DNA of 64,000 nt, taken from positions 376,960,001 to 377,024,000 of the forward strand of contig NC_067398.1 of the NCBI RefSeq assembly GCF_016432865.1, given 5' to 3'. Position 1 is the stretch's first letter. Each line of letters begins with the position of its first letter. The DNA is from Antechinus flavipes (Eukaryota). Of the stretch, positions 53,601 to 64,000 are shown one piece after another. The notes under the pieces were generated by a model. The model had not been told where the DNA came from and did not search any database. It saw only the letters and a list, made by a program, of their open reading frames with translations. The translations under genes were made by a program, and so were the position numbers.

Positions 53601-54136
53601 TCAATCCAGTGAACATTCATGAGATGCCTCCTATATGCAGACACCAGGTCCAAAGGATACAAAAATGAAACAGTCCTTACCTTCAAGAAGTTTACATTCT
53701 ATTGACCAAAACAACTTGTAGAGCAATAGGTAAATACAAAGTATTTACCAAAGAATTTTCTTGTAGGGTCGGGGAGGGGTTTGCTATTAACAACTGGGGA
53801 AATCAGGATAGACTTCCTGAAAGAAGCAGCATAACCTGAGCTTTGGAGGAAACTAGGGGGATTCTGTGAGGGAGGCAGAGGTGAGGAGAAGGAGTGCTCC
53901 CAAGTAGTAGAGAATGGTCTATGCAAGAGGGAAAAAGTCAGGAAACAGAATAACATGGAGGAAGACCAGAGAATAGGCCCACTGGGCTAGGGCATTAAGG
54001 GGATGAAAGAGAGCCTAGAAGAGGTAGTAAAGGGCTTTAAAAGCACAGGAGGAGAACCTGTTTTATCCTACAGACTGTAAGGGACTGCTAAGCTGCTTGT
54101 ACTTGAGAGTGACACAGTCAAATCTGTACTTTAGTC

Positions 54137-54383
54137 AAGGTGAGCTGGTAGATAGATGTTCAACAAGTGACTCTCCCCCAAAAAATGTACACACAAAAAA
54201 GTTTTAAATTTGCTCTGCAATATTATCTTTTTCTATTGCTTTCTTAGGTCTAGAAAAATCAACAAAATAATAAATTAACTCTGACTTGTAGCACTTACCA
54301 ATTTCTAAGTTGTAACTGCTCACACCGAAAATTTAACAACTGGTTTTTGTGATCCAGTATGAGCTGGCTCCAGTATATCACTG
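54137..54383. mobile_element. MER63-like hAT-Blackjack MITE
   Basis: Ends gaaaatttaacaactgg...gagctggctccagtatatcactg, resembling MER63 termini as I recall them. Confidence 0.6.
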
Positions 54384-54619
54384 GCTTTAAAAATAACCAT
54401 TTGTTCATTGTGGGGACAGATGTGGAATATATTGGGGAGCTAAAATTGGATTCTTAGGACAAGTTGGACTTAGGAGCTAGCTGGATGTGAGAAGAAAGGG
54501 AGAGGAAAGAGCTGAGGATGGTTCCAAACCTGGGTATATGAAAATATGGTGATAACCTAAACAGAAACAGAGAGAGTTTGTGGGGAAACATAATGAGTTC
54601 TGTCTCTGGAACATTTAAT

Positions 54620-55900
54620 TCACTGGGAATAGGTTGTATCACATTAACTCCATGTCCTTTTCGTAAGCATCAGGGAAATGCTGTTACATATAGCTTATAT
54701 AGAATTTAGTCCAGCATTTGACAAAGCCTTTCATGTTCTTCTGAACTTGAGCTAGACAGTAGTGTCATTCAGAATAGATAGACTCTCTGGAGCAGAAAGC
54801 CATCATTAAAATGGTTCAATATCACCTTGGAAGGAAGTCTGTTGTGAAGTTTCCCAGGAATCTGTGCTAATTAACATTTTTACTACTTAAATTAATGCAT
54901 AGCTAGCATGCTTAACAAATTTGCAGGTAACAAAAAAGCTGGAAAGGATAGCTAATACCCTAGATAATAGAATCATAATCCAAAAAAGATCTTGACAGGC
55001 TAGCACTTTGGGTTGATTCTATAGTAAGATGATATTTAATATGGATAAATGTAAAATCTTACACTTGGGTCCAAAACATCATTGTCACAAGTGCTAGATG
55101 AGGGATGCATGACTAGATAGCAGTTCACCTGAAAAAGAATCTGGATATTAAAGCAGACATCAAGCCTAGTATGAAACAACAGTGCAATCTAAGAACCAAA
55201 AAGCAAATGCAATTTTAGGTTGTTTGAAAAGAGACACAGGCTTCATCAGGATTAGGGAGGTGAGATTCTTTCTATTCTGCCTTTGTCATACCATGTAAGG
55301 TACATTGTGATCAGTTCTGGGTGTCCCATTTTAGGAAACTGACTACGTTTAAGTGAGATCAGCAAGGATAGTGAAGGATCCCAAGGTCATACCATATGGG
55401 GATCAGCTGAAGGAACTGAGAATGTTTAGTCTGGAGGTCAAAAGACCAAGGAAGAACATGATAGCTGCTTTTTTTTTTTTTTTGAGGCAATTGGGATTAA
55501 GTGATTGCTTAGGATCACACAGCTAGTGTTAGTCTGAATTTGAACTCAGGTCCTTCTGACTCCAGGAGCCCTGCTTTATCCACTGTACCATCTAGCTGCT
55601 CCTATGATAGCTGTTTCAAGTGTCACTATGTGGCATAAGGAATGAACTTGTATTTTTGGCCTCAGAAAGCAGGAAACCATGGTCCCATTGCCCCAGGAAC
55701 AATATGGGAAAAGTTTCAAAGAAGCAAATTTAGGCTTGAGGTAAGAAAAAATGTTCTAACAAACACAACTTTCTAGAAGTAGAATGGACTATCTTGGGAA
55801 GCCATAGTTTTTGTCTTCTCTGGAGGGTTTTGAGTAAAGACTGGATGACTTGATAGAGGTACTTCTAGTCCTCTAGAACAGTCTAAATGGCCCATATAGT
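54620..55900 (+). mobile_element. L3/CR1 LINE 3' region (RT to 3' end)
   Basis: Typical CR1 RT remnants (gcatttgacaaag, aaatttgcaggtaacaaaaaagctggaaagg, gatcttgacaggct, gataaatgtaaaatcttacacttggg); contains a nested SINE. Confidence 0.8.
55468..55603 (-). mobile_element. WSINE1-like short tRNA/CORE SINE nested in L3, with TSD
   Basis: Poly(T) tail at 55469-55483 followed by gaggcaattggg...atccactgtaccatctagctgc. Flanked by the direct repeat ATGATAGCTG at 55458-55467 and 55604-55613. Confidence 0.85.
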
Positions 55901-57431
55901 CTCATAACTTTGAGATTCTCCAGTTTAATGAATTCAACTAAAATAAGGTGATGGGGGGCATTGGTAGCAATGCCTTTGATGTCTTCTTGACCCAGACTGA
56001 GGAAGCCTGCATATATGTACATGAAGATATCAAGGATAAGAGGCTAGAATCATCAATTCATTTCTGCCCATATTTGCACTGAATTAATATGTGGCATCTT
56101 TCATGTAAGGTCAGACCCAATGTGGACTTTAAACTGAATTCTCATGTGTGGGATGTATTATACTGAACTGTCCCTTTATTGTGAGATAGCTAGTGGGTTA
56201 AGGAGTTAGATTATGCTGAGCATTAGATGGGTCAGTCAGTAACTAAAATTAGAGAATTTCCCTAATGGAGTTTTATTGTCTACTCAAGATGGAGTTCAAA
56301 TCCTAAACTTTGACCTTATTGGCAACATTCATTCCAATGTATGCATGTGATGGGCTCCAGCAGTGTGGAGTAGTGGAAAAAGCACTGTGTTGAAAGAAGG
56401 AAATATGAAGGTTGTCCATCTTGGGTTCTTGGTTATGAGTGAGGAGAGGTCCTGACTGCCATGATTCTTCTCCCTCAGTTCCAAAGCTCTTCTATCTCTT
56501 TATCCTCAAAGCTGTAGCCATTCCTAACACTCATCAATTGACCAGACCAGCCAGAAACAGTTTGCCTGCCTCTTGGCCTTAATCCCTACCCTCATCTCCA
56601 ACTCTCTAAGGAAGACAAGTTCCCAGTCTTAGTCTTCAATACCCATATGTAAGAGACTTTTAGTGCAAGACATAGAAAATCTTAACAGAACAGTGTACAA
56701 ACAAGTGCCTGCAGAATGCCAACTGATCACACTGGGGATCTCAAGGAGAGCAATTCTAAGAATTGTATAAGTATTATCCAGGGAGGCTTCCTGGAGGAGA
56801 TACTCTGGAAGTCAGGTTTCTTTTGTGGACAACAACTCTGGAGAGTACTTTGTAACTCATATATAATCCCTGAGGAGGTCAGAGACAGGAGGCAAGAGCC
56901 CAATCAAGCCTCCAATTTAGAAGTATTCCAAAGAAGGAGTTACCTTATCAGTGTATTAGGCAGATTTGGGGGATAGGGTGTGGGTGGGAGTTAAAGGTGG
57001 GATAGAAGAGAGAGAGTTGGCAAAAAAAAATAACTGGCAAAAGAGAAGTGGCAATGTGGAGAGGAGCGTGTGGATGAATTTTAATGCAATCAGAAAGCTG
57101 TAATAATGATAATAAAGGAATATATTCAGACGTCAGGAGAGGGAGAAGAGGACCAGGCTGCAGCTCCAGAATTTAAATCAGGCAGAGGCGGAGAATTCTC
57201 TCTATCCTTTTTTCCTTTCCTTTTTTTCCCTCCCAATGAAGGAAATGGAATTTTTAAGCAGGAGGGCAAGAGATTAGCAATTGGCAGTTTTTCACCTCTT
57301 TGTCTTCCAGCAAATCCCATTTAATCAGGGACTTTAATAGAAGGAGGTTCTGGCCCCAAAGGCTGGCTAGGGCACTGGGTGAGATGAGAGTCATTGATCC
57401 CTGGGGTGGGGGAAGTGCAGATCCATGGCAT

Positions 57432-57432
<1 letters not shown>

Positions 57433-57513
<81 letters not shown>
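57433..57513. repeat. Compound (CA)n(GA)n microsatellite
   Basis: Direct reading. Confidence 0.98.
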
Positions 57514-57517
<4 letters not shown>

Positions 57518-59875
57518 AATAACCTCCCACTGAAGTCTTTAAAAGCCCAGGTTTAATTTGATCTGAAATGTCATCACCACTTCTGAGAGAAAATATGTTG
57601 ACTTTTCCNNNNNNNNNNNNNNNNNNNNNNNNNNNNNNNNNNNNNNNNNNNNNNNNNNNNNNNNNNNNNNNNNNNNNNNNNNNNNNNNNNNNNNNNNNNN
57701 NNNNNNNNNNNNNNNNNNNNNNNNNNNNNNNNNNNNNNNNNNNNNNNNNNNNNNNNNNNNNNNNNNNNNNNNNNNNNNNNNNNNNNNNNNNNNNNNNNNN
57801 NNNNNNNNNNNNNNNNNNNNNNNNNNNNNNNNNNNNNNNTCAATTTCTCTATCTCTTTATCTTTCCATTCTGCCTTCTCCCATTTCTTCTTTATGGGTCC
57901 TTTCTGAAAAGGGTCCTTGTCTCTTTTTCTCCACTTCTAACTCTACTTCTTCTCTTTCTCTGTCTGTCCCTCTCTTCCTCTATTCTGGCCCTACCACCTG
58001 CATCAGTCCATTTCTCTGGCTATCCTTAACTTTGATATTCAGAGATAAGTAATATCTCAGTGGCCAAGTCAATTTGAGGATTGAGAAGGGAGCTTAGAAG
58101 ACCACCCAGGATACTAATGGCCACCTTGGCAAAAGGCATCTCCCTATCTAGTATATATTTGTGCTCCATTCCTTCTAACAATCCATATCCCAATTCTCTA
58201 GCCACACCCAACTCCAAATTCCCATTCCCCTTTAGGAGATCTTTTCTGACCCCAACCCTGGGAAAACTGGAAGGAAACTCAGATTTCAAAGAAAGCCTGG
58301 AGAGAAGATCCAGAATGAAGAATGGACTAGCTTTGAAAATGGGGCACAAGTCCCTAAGGCTCCAGGGATCTATGGCTCCTGAACTGTCCATAGCCAACCC
58401 TCTCTCTGCCTCCTGGACAAACTACAGTTCTAGACTGAACCTGAGCTTGATCCTTGATTCCTCTTAATATGGGAGGCATGGACTTTCCAATGAAATGGGG
58501 CAACAAGCATGAGAGCACACCTGCCCATGACTTGCCCAAGGAGAATTGATCCCTGAGGCCTTAGGGTGGAGCAAATAAGCACCACAGCCTGATTGGGGGG
58601 CAGGGGACAGCCTGGTACAGTGGAGAGCGGATTGACTCAGCAGACAACAGTCATCTGATATTACTTGTGTGAACTTGGGTAAATCACTTAACAACCTTTC
58701 TTCCAGTTGGACTAGAGGTTATACATAAGGTATAAAAGGGTCCTTCTTGGCTAAAGGACAATATCGAGGGTGGTAGGGTGGGGGTGGAGGAGCAGGTCAA
58801 TCATGGAAAGCTTCCTGGAAAAAAGGCAGTTCTGATCAGGGTTTGGTGGGAGAGCAGAAAAAGAAACAAGCACCTGCATTTCTCCATCACTGCCATCATC
58901 TCATTTTGAACTGGCCTCAGTCAGTGTATCTTATATGATAGGGGAGAGGAAGCAGCATGCAGATGTTTGGGCATATGCAAGGGGTGAGTTCTGCCTGCAG
59001 GGAATAGCTCCTAGTGGGAGAAGAGTAAACAATGCCCTACAGAGGGTATGTGCCCCTAAATTCTTTGTATACCCCTATGTCCATTTATGCTTGTTTGTCT
59101 CTACCCTAGTTGTCCTTCTGTGTTGGTGTATATGTGTCTGAATGTATGCCCTGAGTATATGCTCTTTGTGCCTTTTGGGGTGCACCTATAGACTTATGTA
59201 TATGGGAGCATATTTTTGCATGTGTTTGTATATAGTTGTGTGAATATTTTCAGGTAAGTGTGCATGAGTGCATTTGCATATGCTTGTGTATGTGTGTTTA
59301 TACAGGTGGAATAAAGCCCTTTCTGCTCTGAAGGCTATGTTTGATCTCTGAATCAGACATCAAATTACACTGGGCCTGGGTTTCCTGGAGAAAATGTAAT
59401 TCTATTCCATATAGGAGGGTAGAGGATCTGCTTGCACACAACACTGGATATGTCTTGTGCATGCACACATGCATGCTTGGGTGCATATGTGTATGTATGT
59501 AGGCAAGGGAGAGAGAAAGGGAGAGGTGTGTGTATAGATGTATGTGTTTGAAGTCTACCATGTATTATCATGTTTAAAACTGAGGAACGCTAAAGTTTTT
59601 GAAAAGCAATGTGAAAGAACATGAAAGAGATGGTGTGGTAGGTGCATTGAGCCAGGAGTGGTGGGTGAGGGAAGAAAATATGAAATTTCTCGTCAAATTT
59701 TGAAGCCCTTTCCAATGATGTGACCTAAGGTCATCCATTTGCTTTTTCACAAAGTTGTCCCAGCCTTCTCTACAGAACAGATGGAGGAACGAGGTGGTCT
59801 GAGATTGAGTCCCCCTTGGTCCTCATAAGGCTCCCCAGTTGGAACCCCGGTAAGCATCTCCTAATTTTGTTCCAG

Positions 59876-60004
59876 AAGACAGAAAACTCTTTGTTGGCAT
59901 GCTCAACAAGCAACAATCTGAGGATGACGTCCGCCGGCTCTTTGAGGCCTTTGGAAACATTGAGGAATGCACGATCCTCCGGGGGCCAGATGGCAACAGC
60001 AAAG
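59876..60004 (+). CDS. CELF4: CELF4 internal coding exon (RRM2 N-terminal half; equivalent to human exon 4)
   Basis: Acceptor ttttgttccag| and donor AAAG|gtagga; 129 nt, phase 1 to phase 1. Translates (E)[42 protein letters not shown](G), including the RNP2 motif LFVGML. It joins in frame to the next exon. Confidence 0.96.
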
Positions 60005-60667
60005 GTAGGAGACGGGCCAATCTGATGAGGGATATGTGGCCCCCACTATTATGGGGTTCCAGCGAGAGAGAGTAAGTGNNNNNNNNNNNNNNNNNNNNNN
60101 NNNNNNNNNNNNNNNNNNNNNNNNNNNNNNNNNNNNNNNNNNNNNNNNNNNNNNNNNNNNNNNNNNNNNNNNNNNNNNNNNNNNNNNNNNNNNNNNNNNN
60201 NNNNNNNNNNNNNNNNNNNNNNNNNNNNNNNNNNNNNNNNNNNNNNNAGAAAGACAGAGATAGAGAGATAAGAGACAGGCAGTAAACAACAGGCAGAATT
60301 CATCACTGCCAGACTGATCTGAGGGGGCTGTGTCATGGAGAGTTTTCCCTATTGAAGCCGTGGTTAGCAATAGGTGAGGGAAGGATTCTGAAGGAGAATA
60401 GAGAGCAGAGTTTAGAAGATGGAAATTTATAAGACCCTCTTTATCCAAGCTACCAAGAGGCAGAGAGGGGAATGGGTCTGCTGTCCTCCCCCTCCCCCTC
60501 TTTCTCTTTCTCCCCCATCATCTGGTTCTTCTTGTCTCTGAAGCTCTGTCTCCAGTTATCTCTCCCTGTGCCCTCTTCTGCTCCATTGTCCCATGGGTTG
60601 GGTCAGGGTTTGGGCTGAATGGGGTTCAGAGCTCCATTTTCTCACCAGATCACTCTCCCCTCATCAG

Positions 60668-60747
60668 GGTGTGCCTTTGTGAAATACTCCTCCCATGCTG
60701 AGGCCCAAGCTGCCATTAACGCCCTGCACGGCAGCCAGACCATGCCG
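60668..60747 (+). CDS. CELF4: CELF4 internal coding exon (RRM2 RNP1 region; equivalent to human exon 5)
   Basis: Acceptor ctctcccctcatcag| and donor CCG|gtgagt; 80 nt. Translates (G)[26 protein letters not shown]. As I recall, [22 protein letters not shown] is the CELF4 version and differs from CELF3, CELF5 and CELF6. Confidence 0.96.
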
Positions 60748-63700
60748 GTGAGTGAGATCCTTGGGTTGGGGAGGGGGGGAGGGAAGGGCATCCTGCAAGA
60801 TAAAAACCCCCTATCTGCAAACACACGAATTTCCAGGGCTCCAGAATCTTATCTGTCTCTTCAATGCCAGGAATTAAAGCTCACTGAGTGCTAATTGTCT
60901 ACTAGGCATTATCATGACTGTTTCTAGGTTGAGTTTGGAAAGGCTCTATGTCAGGAATAAAGTAATATAGTCTGTTTATTAAGTGGATGGGATAGCAGCT
61001 AGGTATTCTTGATAGTTATAATGGCGAACTTGTTATGAATGAACGACCAAGATGGTTGGCCATGGGGGCTTCTTGGGATTGAGGAATAATTGTCAGATGT
61101 CCTCAATTATATAAATGCCTTGTTCGAGGGATCTTAGAATTTAGTACTAGAAATAACCACAGAGATAATACAAGTCAGGAGTAAAATAATTTGCACAAAA
61201 TCAAAGAGATAGTGAATGCTAGAATCAAGATTTAAACAAAGATTTTTTTCGTTTTCTTTTTTTATGAACCAGGCTTTCTACATAGTTTTTAATGTTTCTC
61301 CCTTTAAATGTCACAGAGTCCTAGAACTAGAAAAGATCTCAGAGATTCTTTCATATAGTCCACCTTTTCAGTTTATAGATAAGGAAAATGAGGCCCAAAG
61401 TGACATAGGTAGCCAGCACTTATCATGATAGCAGCACGTTGTAAGCACTTAATTAATTTGTTGACTGACTGAATAGGATTCAAATCCAGTATTTTTTTAT
61501 TATTCTTCATTGTCCTCCTGCACTAGGATGCTTCTGTCCTGAGTTTGTTCCCTGGTTCAAGTGGGGTGGGGGTGGGGGTGGGGGGGAAGGATTCTTTCCC
61601 CTGAGATCTTTAATTGTTGGTTGTCACTACCCCCTTCTTGCACATGGATCATCCTCTACTCTTGATCATTTGAGAATACAATTTTCAACTTGGCCCTTAC
61701 ACTGGTATCTCTGAAATATATGTGACCTTTTTCTTTTTTCCTTTTTTAGAATATTTATAAGAATTTTCCCCAGTAGACATTATAAGAAAACAAAGGTGTC
61801 TCTGGTCTTCATGGAAATTTCTGTGGCTTTAGGCTTACTGGGTCTTAGCCCTTTTAACTGACCCATTCCTTAAAGTCTTAAAGACCCAATTTTATTCAAG
61901 CCTTCCTTTAATATCTGATGCTCCATTAGGCCCATAGGATTTGCCTACATCTCAGAGGGACTCTATAACTTTGGTCACCTCAAGTCATTTCCTCACAGAT
62001 AGGGTCTTCAGTGTTAAGGAGAGAGACTAAGGGCCAGGGATAGGGACATATTAAGGGAATAAAGGACTGAGTTTCATTAAGAGGGGCTTGAATATTGGTG
62101 ATGAGGTCTGAGTATCAAAAACTAAGATAAAGATTTCAGTATCCAGGATGGAGACTATATATCAAGGAAGAGGGCAAAGGATGCAAATGTGGGCCCAGTA
62201 TGAAGGATGCAGGAAGGTTAAGAATAGAAGCTGAGGATCGGGATAGAGATCAGTGACAAAGACTCTGAATAAAAGGAATAAAAACTAAAAGTTGGGAATA
62301 TGGGTTAAGGGTCAGGATGGGTGCTCAATGTCAGGTATGAGAACCAAAGTTAAGGACAGGAATTCTTTCTTTGAGATGGGGAAGATAAGAAGTTAAGGTT
62401 TAGAGAAAGAGCAAGCAGATCTATCTTCTCAACACTATGAAAGGTTCAGTTTGGGAGTTGTGTATCCCATATGATACATAGTAGCTTATTGAAATAGATT
62501 GAAACTCAGTACTTTAAAATTTAAAGGATTTCTGAATGGGAATCAATGGAACAGTTCAAGTTCCTCAAGTGTTATCTTTCTGGATTAAAAAATAAAAAAA
62601 AAAAAAGAAAAAACTTTTTTTTAAAGAACAGAAAAACCGAAAGTGAATTTAGATGTAAGAAAATGAGTTCTTGATGTACATTGTATAATTTTTGTGTGTG
62701 ATTATGTGATTGTATAGTTCTTTTAAATTGTGTGCACATGCACATGGAGAAGCGAGTGTCAAAGCTACCAAATTGACCTCTCTCTCAAGAAAGACTTGCA
62801 CCTGCCCCTCCTAATAATCATCAATCCCATCAGCTCAAGCTCCCTCAGGGAAGAAGCCATTTTTCTTCTCTGATCTCCTCCAGCCAGGCAGGGGGAAAAG
62901 GCAAGTGCCTGGGTAAAAAACAAACAAACAAACAAAAAGTAACATTGATGCAGGATCTTGTTTAGAGTGCACTTTTATGAGGAAGACCCACATGTTCTGA
63001 GAAACACTCCTCAGGTAGCCAGGCACTAATGGAATATTTTATTCAATCTGCCCAGGTCTATCTCTTGTTATCTTGGGCAAGTCCCTATGAAACTCAGTTT
63101 TTATATTTATAAAATGGGGCTAATGAAACCAATCCTCCCTAGTTCACAGTGTTGTAGTGAGGATTCAGTGATATACTGGATGGGAATATTCTGGGAAATT
63201 CTATAAAAGTTCTATAGAAATCACATTGGAGTCAGCATCGAAAGAGAGCTTTAAGGCCATCAACTCTCATCTATACCTGACCCAAACATGCCCCCCACAC
63301 TACCACCGATGAGAGGGGCATCCAGCCTTTCCTGGAGACCTTTAGTGAAAGGGGAATCAATCCTGCTTTTGCCCAGCTCTAATTGTTAAGAAGGTTTTCA
63401 AAGAAGATAAGTAAGGTAAGGATGGTCTGTCAAGCCTAAATCTGACCCTCTATAAGTTCTATTTTTGGTCCAAGTTCTGATGAGGGAAAAAAGTCTTAGA
63501 TCTGGAGGAACCTTAGAGGATTTGGGAGCTGGAACTCCCAATTCAAGTCAAATACTTTATTACCTCTATCACACAGGTTAATAAGTACAAGAGTCAGGAT
63601 TTATACTCCATTCTGATTCCTAATTCATCTTTCTTCTCACTATATTATGGTGCTAATTATCAATAATCAGATATGTTGAGTACTTTGCGAATTCTCTTCT

Positions 63701-64000
63701 GCTAATATATAGAGATAGATATAGACATACATAAATACAGACATACATAGATATAGACACAGACATGAAGTGATAGATCTGTTCTAATCCTATCCCATCC
63801 TAATTCCTATACGTATTCATTTTAATGGAAATGCATATGAGATATAACAAGACCTTTTATTTCATGACTCTAAGGAACTTCCTCTCTCAATTTGGATGAA
63901 TACCTTCTCTTCAACTCTTGTCTCTAAGTACTAGGCACTAAAGGGGTAAGTGACTTATCCAGGGTCACAGACAGTAGAGCTAAAAGGCAAGGCTTGAACC

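Larger units (their letters stand above)
1..59875 (+). other. CELF4: 3' part of a very long CELF4 intron (upstream exon MNRPIQVKPADSESRG lies outside the window)
   Basis: I found no sequence encoding the preceding CELF4 exon or any other host protein; the region is repeat-dense. The downstream GASSSLVVKFAD exon is also absent from 60748-64000. Confidence 0.8.

Noticed and set aside
59839-59855. ccccag|ttggaaccccg|gtaagc as an 11-nt microexon
   Set aside because: The downstream intron would be only 26 nt, below the spliceosomal minimum.
60641-60667. Upstream alternative acceptor ctcaccag for the 80-nt exon
   Set aside because: It adds 19 nt (frameshift), and the AG lies 3 nt from the likely branch-point A (ctcAc).
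1-64000. CRISPR arrays, rRNA, genuine tRNA, snRNA or snoRNA genes
   Set aside because: None seen; tRNA-like A/B boxes belong to SINE heads.

Overview
Mammalian genomic DNA, almost certainly marsupial. It carries MIR/MAR1-type CORE-SINEs, a WSINE1-like copy (suggesting an Australian marsupial), a 7SL-derived retroposon, and many L2 and L3/CR1 relics, plus six N gaps. The only host protein-coding sequence is two exons of CELF4 on the + strand, 59876-60004 and 60668-60747, which encode most of RRM2. Bases 1-59875 are therefore the 3' part of a very long intron, and 60748-64000 is the next intron. Most six-frame ORFs are spurious. Points of interest: (1) a young-looking, internally deleted pogo/Tc2-type DNA transposon at 35320-36385 with perfect 23-bp TIRs, a TA target duplication and a triplicated start region at the deletion junction; (2) a candidate poison exon or recursive splice site in a UG/UGCAUG-rich block about 620 nt upstream of the first exon; (3) a NAGNAG acceptor on that exon; (4) a CpG-rich cluster of CTCF-like motifs near 5.4 kb; (5) several non-repetitive blocks that look like enhancers. 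No database search was possible, so repeat family names are from recall and need RepeatMasker/Dfam confirmation.
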